In this document: positions 42,101 to 54,100 of the stretch, in pieces | How positions within the stretch are numbered: the first letter of the stretch is position 1 | How the letters are laid out: every line of letters begins with the position of its first letter | NCBI GenBank assembly: GCA_026770705.1 | Contig: JANJGN010000013.1 | Span: 100,936,001 to 101,000,000 of the forward strand | DNA: 64,000 nucleotides | From: Isurus oxyrinchus | Taxonomy: Eukaryota | Direction of reading: 5' to 3' | Translations under genes and position numbers: made by a program | Notes under the pieces: model-generated | Databases searched by the model: none | Seen by the model: the letters and a program-made list of their open reading frames with translations, nothing else | Told to the model about the DNA's origin: nothing

Positions 42101-45100
42101 CTAACGACAGTGACAGGTGTACTTCCTGCTTCAGAAACCAGCATTTCTGGTGAGTAGAGCTAATTTCATTTGATTAGGTTAAATTATTTCAGAGCGATTT
42201 GTGATTTAGCGCTCTGCAATATGATTTCTGCTGCATAGGACCAACCCAAGCTACAGGGACAGGATTTGCAATGGTTTCAGAAACCAGGATTACCGGTGAG
42301 CACATGTTTTCTCATTGCCATGTGAAGTTTGCCCTGCCAGCTGCAGGCAGTCAAGAGTCTTGATGTTTTTGCAAAATTGAAGTTGATGATATGTTGAGTC
42401 CAATCACATGGAAATATCTAAATGAGTGCCAAATGAGTTGTTCCACAGTATTATTGGTAATGTTCTTACTTCATAAATGTGCTTCTTTATGCTTTGTTCT
42501 GGCAGTGGTTTCTGATGGTAAAATTGTCAAATGATAATAAATTGTTAATGCTTTGTGTAAGCTTAGGTTAACTACTAGATTTTGAGAATTGAATTAGTGA
42601 TAGGAGATTTTGGGTATAATTATTTTTCTGTTTCTTACCTTTCTAGTATCATCTCTAACATGTTCCTTCAACTAATGTAAATTCAGTGTACATTATATAG
42701 GAAAGCGATGCAGCCAGCAGTGAATTAATATGCTTTACCATTTTCTCTGGTATTTAGGGCCAACACCATTTGGAGGAACAGGGAAACCAACAACCTCAGA
42801 GACTACCATCAGTGGTGGTGAGAATTGTTCTTCTCCTCATCAGCATCTTAAGTTAATGTTGTGCGATTCGTGTATTAATATTCTGTGATATTTTCTCTGC
42901 TACATAGTGCCAACATTTACTACAGTGACAGGTGTACTTCCTTCTTCAGAGACTAGCATTTCTGGTGTGTAGAACTAATTTCATCTGATTAGGTGAAACT
43001 ATTTCAGAGCGATTTGTGATTTAGCTTTCTGCCATATGATCTCTGATACATAGGACCAACCCAAGCTACAGGGGCAGGCATTGCCATGGTTTCAGAAACC
43101 AAGATTACTGGTGAGGGCATATTTTCTCATTGCCATGTGAAGTTTGCACTGCTAACTGTGGGTAGTCAAGGGTCTTGATGTTTTTTGCAAAATTGAAGTT
43201 GATGACATGTTGAGTCCAATCACATGGAAATGTATAAATGAGTGCCATCTGAGTTGTTCCATAGAATTATTGGTAATGTTCTTACTTCATAAATGTGCTT
43301 CTTTATGTTTTGTTCTGGCAGTGGTTTCTGATGGTAAAATTGTCAAATGATAATAAATTGTTAACGCTTTGTGTAAGCTTAGGTTCAATTTTTATGCCAC
43401 ATTTTACAAAATGTGAGCAGAAATACCTTGTGCCTTTACTTACCTCACTGCTTATTGATGCATATTTGTTTTTTGATTAAAAGACGTGTTGGTTAAAGAG
43501 GTATGAGAATTATGATTGTTGCCAGTTATAGTTGATATCTGGCATTGTCAAGTATTTCTTTCGGTCAAAGACGGAGCTATTAAGTAAGCTTGTTGAATTG
43601 ATGGGAGTCAGTCCGATGTGTCAATGTCGGATGAGTGATTGTGTTATTGGCAGTATCTTTGAATAGCAAGAGATACGGATCATGAAGACAGCCCAAAACC
43701 TTTTGAGAAATGGAGGAACTGGGGCCTGACAATTCCATTTGTTTTTTTGAAGAAAACATCGAAAGTGAAAATTTGTGATAATTTGCGTTTTTGCATTTGT
43801 ACTTTGAAGAAATATCAGGTTGCTATTATTAATTTTAGAAACCTAAATGCATTTATTTGAACGAATGATGATGGCAGAAGACATCAGGTTATCTGATGAG
43901 TCGAGAAATGTTGTCTGTCCTGAGGCCAAGAGGATGTGCTTAAAAGCATCTCAATTGATGAACTGGAAAATGAAAGGATTCTTTTGGGGTGATTTTGGGC
44001 AATGATGAGGCTTCCATGTGAAATATGTTTTTGGAAAGACAGAGAACATTATTTTCTCAAAATGGAATACAGCAAGGTTTCCATTAGCAAATAATTGGTG
44101 AAGTAGTGATGAGAAGTGCAATGTGCTGAGTGCGATTTTTAAATTGCGCCCCTGAAGTTGTTAGAAATATCAATCAGTTTGAAATCTTTCAAATTAATTT
44201 TGCCTGTTTAGAAGCGCTCAATCTTGTGAAGAAAAGCAAATGAAGCATTTGCTGACACCATGTTATTGAAGATATCATTGCCTGAAAATGAAGTGCCTTT
44301 TATCGGCAACTTTGTCCAGGAATTGCTCTGGAAGTTATCCTCTACCTTATTGGAAGGGAATTGCTGCTAGGCTTTGTTGTATATAATTATTATTCTATTC
44401 CTTATCTTTGTAGAAGTAATTGTATGTTGCTCCTTCAACTGAACTAGATGATGTGAATATCTCAACATTATCTCAGAAGCCGATGCAGCCAGTAGTGAAT
44501 TAATAATCTGCCATTTCCTCTGGCATTTAGGGCCAATGCCATCTGGAGGAACAGGAAGACCAAGATCTTCAGAGACCACCATCAGTGGTGAGTATGGCTC
44601 TTCTCCTCATCAGCATGTTAAGTTAAATTTAAATGATTCGGGTATAAGTATTCTGTAATATTTCCTCTGCTAAGTTAAATATAATCTTTCCTTGTAAACA
44701 ACTGCTCATTCTTGTCAACAAAAGATTATGAAGCATTTGTTGACATCCTGTCATTAATGATATTCTTGCCGGAAAGGCAAATGCGTTTTGCAGGCAACGT
44801 GCTGCAGCACCTGCTCTGGAGGTTAACCGCTAGATTTTGAGAATTGAATTGGTGATAGGAGATTTTGTGAATAATTATTTTTCTGTTTCTTACCTTTGTA
44901 GTATCATCTCTAGCTTGCCCCTTCAACTGATGTAAATTCAGTGTACATTTTCTAGGAAAGCAATGCAGCCAGTAGTGATTTAATATATTGTCCCATTTTC
45001 TCTGGTATTTAGGGCCAACACCATTTGGTGGAACTGGAAGACCAAGAACTTCAGAGACCACCATCAGTGGTGAGTATTGTTCTTCTCATCAGCATGTTAA

Positions 45101-48100
45101 GTAAAATTTCTGCGATTCGGGTATAAGTATTCTGTAATATTTCCTCTGCTACATTAAGTATAATCTTTCCTTGTATACAACTGCTCATTCTTGTCAACAA
45201 AAGACAATGAATTGTTTGTTGCCATTTGTTGACACCATATCATTCATGATATTCTTGCCTGAAAAGCAAATGCCTTTTGCAGGCAATTTGCTCCAGCATC
45301 TGCTCTGGGGTTTAACTGCTAGATTTTGAGAATTGAATTAGTGATAGGAGATTTTAGGTATAACTATTTTTCTGTTTCTTACCTTTCTAGTATCATGTCT
45401 AACATGTTCCTTCAACTGAAGTAAATTCAGTGTGCATTATGTAGGAAAGCGATGCAGCCAGCAGTGAATTAATATGCTTTATCATTTTCTCTGGTATTTA
45501 GGGCCAACACCATTTGGAGGAACAGGGAGACCAACAACTTCAGAGACCTCCATCAGTGGTGGTGAGAATTGTTCTTCTCCTCATCAGCATGTTAAGTTAA
45601 TGTTGTGCGATTCGTGTATTAATATTCTGTAATATTTCCTCTGCTACATTGTGCGAACACTAACGACAGTGACAGGTGTACGTCCTGCTTCAGAAACCAG
45701 CATTTCTGGTGAGCAGAGCTAATTTCATTTAATTAGGTGAAATTATTTCAGAGCGATTTGTGATTTAGCGCTCTGCAATATGATCTCTGCTGCATAGGAC
45801 CAACCCAAGCTGCAGGGACAGGATTTGCAATGGTTTCATAAATTAGGATTACTGGTGAGCACATGTTTTCTCATTGCCATGTGAAGTTTGCCCTGCCAAC
45901 TGCAGGCAGTCAAGGGTCTTGATGTTTTTGCAAAATTGAAGTTGATGTTATGTTGAGTCCAATCACATGGAAATGTCGAAATAAGTGCCAAATGGGTTTT
46001 CCACAGTATTATTGGTAATGTTCTTACTTCATAAATGTGCTTCTTTATGCTTTGTTCTGGCAGTGGTTTCTGATGGTAAAATTGTCAAATGATAATAAAT
46101 TGTTAACGGTTTGTGTAAGCTTAGGTTCAACTTTTATGCCACATTTTACAAAATGTGAGGACAAACACCTTGTTCCTTTACTTTCCTCACTGCTTATTGA
46201 TGCATATTTGTTTTGTGATTCAAAGACGTGTTGGTTAAAGAGGTATGAGGATTGTGTTTGTTGCCAGTTATAGTTGATATCTGGCATTATCAAGTATTTC
46301 TTTTGGTCGAGGACGGAACAGTTAAGTAAGTTTCCAACCTGATTGTCGCCCAACCTCGGACGGCCCGCTTCTATCTCCTACCCAAAATCCACAAACAGAA
46401 CTGCCCCGGTAGACCGATCATCTCAGCTTGCTCCTGCCCCACAGAACTCATTTCTCGTTATCTTGACTCCCTTCTCTCTCCCCTTGTCCAGTCCCTTCCC
46501 ACCTACATCCGTGATTCCTCTGACACCTTTCGTCACATCAACAATTTCCAGTTCCCTGGCCCCAACCGCTTCCTCTTCACCATGGACGTCCAATCCCTCT
46601 ACACCTCCATCCCCCACCAGGATGGTCTGAGGGCCCTTAGCTTCTTCCTCGAACAGAGGCCCGAACAATCCCCATCCACCACTACTCTCCTCCGTCTGGC
46701 TGAACTTGTTCTCACGTTGAACAATTTCTCCTTCAACTCCTCTCACTTCCTCCAAATAAAACGTGTGGCTATGGGTACCCACATGGGCCCCAGCTATGCC
46801 TGTCTCTTTATGGCGTATGTGGAACATTCCTTGTTGCAGTCCTACTCCGGCCCCCTTCCACAACTTTTTCTCCGGTACATCGATGATTACTTTGGTGCCG
46901 CTTCATGCTCTCGTCGGGACTTGGAAAAATTTATTAATTTTGCTTCCAATCTCCACCCCTCTATCATTTTCACGTGGTCCATCTCTGACACTTCCCTTCC
47001 CTTCTTTGACCTCTCTGTCTCAATCTCTGGTGATAGACTGTCCACCAATATCCATTACAAACCCACCGACTCCCACAGCTACCTAGACTACAGCTCCTCA
47101 CACCCCGCTTCCTGTAACGACTCCATCCCATTCTCCCAGTTCCTTCGCCTTCGTCGCATCTGTTCCGATGATGCTACCTTCAGAAACGGTTCCTCTGACA
47201 TGTCCTCCTTCTTCGTTAACCGAGGTTTTCCACCCACGGTCGTTGACAGGGCCCTCCACTGTGTCTAGCCCATCTCCCGCGCATCCGCCCTCACGCCTTC
47301 TCCTGCCTCCCTGAAACATGATAGGGTCCCCCTTGTCCTCACTTATCACCCCACCAGCCTCCGCATTCAAAGGATCATCCTCCGCCATTTCCGCCAACTC
47401 CAGCATGATGCCACCACCAAACACATCTTCCCTTCACCCCCCTTATCGGCATTCCGTAGGGATCGCTCCCTCTGGGACACCCTGGTCCACTCCTCCATCA
47501 CCCCCTACTCCTCAACCCCCTCCTATGGCACCACCCCATGCCCATGCAAAAGATGTAACACCTGCCCCTTCACTTCCTCTCTCCTCACCGTCCAAGGGCC
47601 CAAACACTCCTTTCAAGTGAAGCAGCATTTCACTTGCTTTTCCCCCAACTTAGTCTACTGCATTCGTTGCTCCCAATGTGGTCTCCTCTACATTGGAGAG
47701 ACCAAACGTAAACTGGGCGACCGCGTTGCAGAACACCTGCGGTCTGTCCGCAAGAATGACCCAAACCTCCCTGTCGCTTGCCATTTTAACACTCCACCCT
47801 GCTCTCTTGCCCACATGTCTGTCCTTGGCTTGCTGCATTGTTCCAGTGAAGCCCAACGCAAACTGGAGGAACAACACCTCATCTTCCGACTAGGCACCTT
47901 ACAGCCTTCCGGACTGAATATTGAATTCAACAACTTTAGGTCGTGAGCTCCCCCCCGCCCCCCTCCCCCATCCCCACCCCCTTTCTGTTCCCCCCCTTTT
48001 TTTCCCCAATAAATTATATAGATTTTTCTTTTCCCACCTATTTCCATTATTTTTAAATATTTTAAAATCTTTTATGCTCCCTCCACCCCCACTAGAGCTG

Positions 48101-51100
48101 TACCTTGAGTGCCCTACCATCCATTCTTAATTAGCACATTTGTTTAGATAATATCACCAACTTTAACTTTATCACCTATGTGTTCTTTTGTACCATTGTC
48201 GCTGACATCTTTTGATGATCTGCTTCTATCACTGCTTGTTTGTCCCTACAACCACACACCCCCCCCCTCTCTCTCTATCTCTCCGCCCCCCACACACGCA
48301 CCTTAAACCAGCTTATATTTCAACTCTTTCTTGGACTCGAAATCAAGTTCTGTCGAAAGGTCATGAGGACTCGAAATGTCAACTCTTTTCTTCTCCGACG
48401 ATGCTGCCAGACCTGCTGAGTTTTTCCAGGTAATTCTGTTTTAGTTAAGTAAGCTTGTTGAATTGATTGGAGTCAGTCCGCTGTGTCATTGTTGGATGAG
48501 TGATTGTGTTATTGGCAGTATCTTTGAATTAGCAAGCGATACAGATAATGAAGATGGCCCAAAACATTTTGAGAAATGGAGGAACTGGGGCCTGACAATT
48601 CCATTTATTTTTTCAAAGCAAATATAGAAATTGAAAATTTGCGATTATTTGCGTTTTTGCATTTGTAGTTTGAAGAACTATCAGGTTGCTGTTATTAATT
48701 TTAGAGTCCTAAATGCATTTATTTGAATGAATGATGATAGCAGAAGACATCAGGTTATCTGATGAGTAGAGAAATGCTTGTCTGTCCTGAGGCCAAGAGG
48801 ATGTGCTTAAAAGCATCTCCTTTGATGAACTGGAAAATGAAAGGATTCTTTTGGGGTGATTTTGGGCAATGATGAGGCTTCCATGTGAAATATGTTTTTG
48901 AAAAGGCAGAGAACATTATTTTCTCAAAATGGAATACAGCAAGGTTTCCATTAGCAAATAATTGGTGAAGTAGTGATGAGAAGTGCCATGTGCTGAGTGG
49001 GATTTTTAAATTGCGCCCTTGAAGTTGTTAGAAATAACAATCAGTTTGAAATCTTTCAAATTAATTTTGCCTGTTAAGAAGTGCTCAATCTTGTGAATAG
49101 ATGCAAATGAAGCATTTGCTGATACCTATTGTCATTGAAGATATTATTGCCTGAAAATTAAGTGCCTTTTATTGGCAAATTTGTCCAGGAATTGCTCTGG
49201 AAGTTATCCTCTACCTTATTGGAAGGGAATTGCTGCTAGGCTATGTTGTATATAATTACTGTTCTATTCCTTTTCTTTGTAGAATTAAGTGTAAGTTGCT
49301 CCTTGAACTGAACCAGATGTTGCGAATATCTCAACATTATCTCAGAAGCCGATGCAGCCAGTAGTGAATTAATAATCTGCCTTTTCCTCTGGCATTTAGG
49401 GCCAACGCCATTTGGAGGAGCAGGAAGACCAAGAACTTCAGAGACCACCTTCAGTGGTGAGTATTGTTCTTCTCCTCATCAGCATGTTAAGTTAAATTTC
49501 TGTGATTCGGATGTAAGTATTCTGTAATATTTCCTCTGCTACGTTAGATATAATCTTTCCTTGTAAACAACTGCTCATTCTTGTCAACAAAAGATTATGA
49601 AGCGTTTGTTGACACTCTGTCATTAATGATATTCTTGCCGGAAAAGCAAATGCCTTTTGCGAGCAACTTGCTCCAGCACGTGCTCTGGTGGTTAACTGCT
49701 AGATTTTGAGAATTGAATTGGTGATAGGAGATTTTGGGAATAATTATTTTTCTGTTTCTTACCTTTGTAGTATCATCTCTAGCTTACTCCTTCAACTGAT
49801 GCAAATTTAGTTTACATTTTCTAGGAAAGCGATGCATCCAGTAGTGATTTTATATATTGTACCATTTTCTCCGATATTTAGGGCCAACACCATTTGGTGG
49901 ATCTGGAAGACCAAGAACTTCAGAGACCACCATCAGTGGTGAGTATTATTCTTCTCCTTATCAGCGTGTTAAGTTCAATTTCTGCGATTTTTGTATTAGT
50001 ATGCTGAAATATTTCCTCTGCTACATTAAGTATAATCTTTCCTTGTAAACAATCGCTCATTCTTGTCGACAAAAGACAATGAATTGTTTGTTGACATTTG
50101 TTGACACCATATGCTTGCCTGAAAAGCAAATGCCTTTTGCAGGCAATTTGCTCCAGCAACTGCTCTGTAGATTAACTGCTGGATTTTGAGAATTGAATTA
50201 GTGATAAGTGATTTTGGGTATAACTATTTTTCTGTTTCTTACCTTTCTAGTATCATCTCTAACATGTTCCTTCAACTGAAGTAAATTCAGTGTACATTAT
50301 GTAGGAAAGCGATGCAGCCAGCAGTGAATTAATATGCTTTACCATTTTCTCTGGTATTTAGGGCCAACACCATTTGGAGGAACAGGGAAACCAACAACCT
50401 CAGAGACTACCATCAGTGGTGGTGAGAATTGTTCTTCTCCTCATCAGCATGTTAAGTTAATGCTGTGAGATTCGTGTATTAATATTCTGTAATATTTCCT
50501 CTGCTACATAGTGCGAACACTAACGACAGTGACAGGTGTACTTCCTGCTTCAGAGACCAGCATTTCTGGTGAGTAGAGCTAATTTCATTTGATTAGGTTA
50601 AATTATTTCAGAACGATTTGTGATTTAGCGCTCTGCAATATGATTTCTGCTGCATGGGACCAACCCAAGCTACAGGGACAGGATTTGCAATGGTTTCAGA
50701 AACCAGGATTACCGGTGAGCACATGTTTTCTCATTGCCATGTGAAGTTTGCCCTGCCAACTGCAGGCAGTCAAGAGTCTTGACGTTTTTGCAAAATTGAA
50801 GTTGATGATATGTTGAGTCCAATCACATGGAAATATCTAAATGAGTGCCAAATGAGTTTTCCACAGTATTATTGGTAGTGTTCTTACTTCATAAATGTGC
50901 TTCTTTATGCTTTGTTCTGGCAGTGGTTTCTGATGGTAAAATTGTCAAATGATAATAAATTGTTAATGCTTTGTGTAAGCTTAAGTTAACTACTAGATTT
51001 TGAGAATTGAATTGCTGATAGGAGATTTTGGGTATAATTATTTTTCTGTTTCTTACCTTTCTAGTATCATCTCTAACATGTTCCTTCAACTGAAGTAAAT

Positions 51101-54100
51101 TCAGTGTGCATTATGTAGGAAAGCGATGCAGCCAGCAGTGAATTAATATGCTTTACCATTTTCTCTGGTATTTAGGGCCAACACCATTTGGAGGAACAGG
51201 GAAACCAACAACCTCAGAGACTACCATCAGTGGTGGTGAGAATTGTTCTTCTCCTCATCAGCATCTTAAGTTGATGTTGTGCGATTCGTCTGTTAATGTT
51301 CTGTGATATTTTCTCTGCTACATAGTGCCAACATTTACTACAGTGACAGGTGTACTTCCTTCTTCAGAGACTAGCATTTCTGGTCTGTAGAACTAATTTC
51401 ATTTGATTAGGTGAAATTATTTCAGAGCGATTTGTGATTTAGCTTTCTGCCATATGATCTCTGATACATAGGACCAACCCAAGCTACAGGGGCAGGCATT
51501 GCCATGGTTTCAGAAACCAAGATTACTGGTGAGGGCATATTTTCTCATTGCCATGTGAAGTTTGCACTGCTAACTGTGGGTAGTCAAGGGTCTTGATGTT
51601 TTTTGCAAAATTGAAGTTGATGACATGTTGAGTCCAATCACATGGAAATGTATAAATGAGTGCCATCTGAGTTGTTCCATAGAATTATTGGTAATGTTCT
51701 TACTTCATAAATGTGCTTCTTTATGTTTTGTTCTGGCAGTGGTTTCTGATGGTAAAATTGTCAAATGATAATAAATTGTTAACGCTTTGTGTAAGCTTAG
51801 GTTCAATTTTTATGCCACATTTTACAAAATGTGAGCAGAAATACCTTGTGCCTTTACTTACCTCACTGCTTATTGATGCATATTTGTTTTTTGATTAAAA
51901 GACGTGTTGGTTAAAGAGGTATGAGAATTATGATTGTTGCCAGTTATAGTTGATATCTGGCATTGTCAAGTATTTCTTTCGGTCAAAGACGGAGCTATTA
52001 AGTAAGCTTGTTGAATTGATGGGAGTCAGTCCGATGTGTCAATGTCGGATGAGTGATTGTGTTATTGGCAGTATCTTTGAATAGCAAGAGATACGGATCA
52101 TGAAGACAGCCCAAAACCTTTTGAGAAATGGAGGAACTGGGGCCTGACAATTCCATTTGTTTTTTTGAAGAAAACATCGAAAGTGAAAATTTGTGATAAT
52201 TTGCGTTTTTGCATTTGTACTTTGAAGAAATATCAGGTTGCTATTATTAATTTTAGAAACCTAAATGCATTTATTTGAACGAATGATGATGGCAGAAGAC
52301 ATCAGGTTATCTGATGAGTCGAGAAATGTTGTCTGTCCTGAGGCCAAGAGGATGTGCTTAAAAGCATCTCAATTGATGAACTGGAAAATGAAAGGATTCT
52401 TTTGGGGTGATTTTGGGCAATGATGAGGCTTCCATGTGAAATATGTTTTTGGAAAGACAGAGAACATTATTTTCTCAAAATGGAATACAGCAAGGTTTCC
52501 ATTAGCAAATAATTGGTGAAGTAGTGATGAGAAGTGCAATGTGCTGAGTGCGATTTTTAAATTGCGCCCCTGAAGTTGTTAGAAATATCAATCAGTTTGA
52601 AATCTTTCAAATTAATTTTGCCTGTTTAGAAGCGCTCAATCTTGTGAAGAAAAGCAAATGAAGCATTTGCTGACACCATGTTATTGAAGATATCATTGCC
52701 TGAAAATGAAGTGCCTTTTATCGGCAACTTTGTCCAGGAATTGCTCTGGAAGTTATCCTCTACCTTATTGGAAGGGAATTGCTGCTAGGCTTTGTTGTAT
52801 ATAATTATTATTCTATTCCTTATCTTTGTAGAAGTAATTGTATGTTGCTCCTTCAACTGAACTAGATGATGTGAATATCTCAACATTATCTCAGAAGCCG
52901 ATGCAGCCAGTAGTGAATTAATAATCTGCCATTTCCTCTGGCATTTAGGGCCAATGCCATCTGGAGGAACAGGAAGACCAAGATCTTCAGAGACCACCAT
53001 CAGTGGTGAGTATGGCTCTTCTCCTCATCAGCATGTTAAGTTAAATTTAAATGATTCGGGTATAAGTATTCTGTAATATTTCCTCTGCTAAGTTAAATAT
53101 AATCTTTCCTTGTAAACAACTGCTCATTCTTGTCAACAAAAGATTATGAAGCATTTGTTGACATCCTGTCATTAATGATATTCTTGCCGGAAAGGCAAAT
53201 GCGTTTTGCAGGCAACGTGCTGCAGCACCTGCTCTGGAGGTTAACCGCTAGATTTTGAGAATTGAATTGGTGATAGGAGATTTTGTGAATAATTATTTTT
53301 CTGTTTCTTACCTTTGTAGTATCATCTCTAGCTTGCCCCTTCAACTGATGTAAATTCAGTGTACATTTTCTAGGAAAGCAATGCAGCCAGTAGTGATTTA
53401 ATATATTGTCCCATTTTCTCTGGTATTTAGGGCCAACACCATTTGGTGGAACTGGAAGACCAAGAACTTCAGAGACCACCATCAGTGGTGAGTATTGTTC
53501 TTCTCATCAGCATGTTAAGTAAAATTTCTGCGATTCGGGTATAAGTATTCTGTAATATTTCCTCTGCTACATTAAGTATAATCTTTCCTTGTATACAACT
53601 GCTCATTCTTGTCAACAAAAGACAATGAATTGTTTGTTGCCATTTGTTGACACCATATCATTCATGATATTCTTGCCTGAAAAGCAAATGCCTTTTGCAG
53701 GCAATTTGCTCCAGCATCTGCTCTGGGGTTTAACTGCTAGATTTTGAGAATTGAATTAGTGATAGGAGATTTTAGGTATAACTATTTTTCTGTTTCTTAC
53801 CTTTCTAGTATCATGTCTAACATGTTCCTTCAACTGAAGTAAATTCAGTGTGCATTATGTAGGAAAGCGATGCAGCCAGCAGTGAATTAATATGCTTTAT
53901 CATTTTCTCTGGTATTTAGGGCCAACACCATTTGGAGGAACAGGGAGACCAACAACTTCAGAGACCTCCATCAGTGGTGGTGAGAATTGTTCTTCTCCTC
54001 ATCAGCATGTTAAGTTAATGTTGTGCGATTCGTGTATTAATATTCTGTAATATTTCCTCTGCTACATTGTGCGAACACTAACGACAGTGACAGGTGTACG

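Larger units (their letters stand above)
46331..48442 (+). mobile_element. 5'-truncated Penelope-like retroelement (RT + Cys linker + GIY-YIG endonuclease; Neptune-like), copy 1
   Basis: Abrupt C-rich 2,112-bp insert in the long intron. It is flanked by the direct repeat agttaagtaag (46320-46330 and 48443-48453), which is single-copy in empty homologous introns. Encodes FYLLPKIHK..GRPI, MDVQSLYT, AMGTHMGP, LRYIDD and LVYCIRCSQCGLLYIGET. Confidence 0.93.

Noticed and set aside
47949-48010. C-run tract (G-quadruplex potential on the minus strand)
   Set aside because: Ordinary low-complexity 3' UTR of the retroelement; no independent evidence of function.
46343-48433. Overlapping alternative-frame and antisense ORFs within the PLE (and their copies at +8418)
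   Set aside because: By-products of C-rich codon usage of the real RT-endonuclease frame and its low-complexity 3' UTR.
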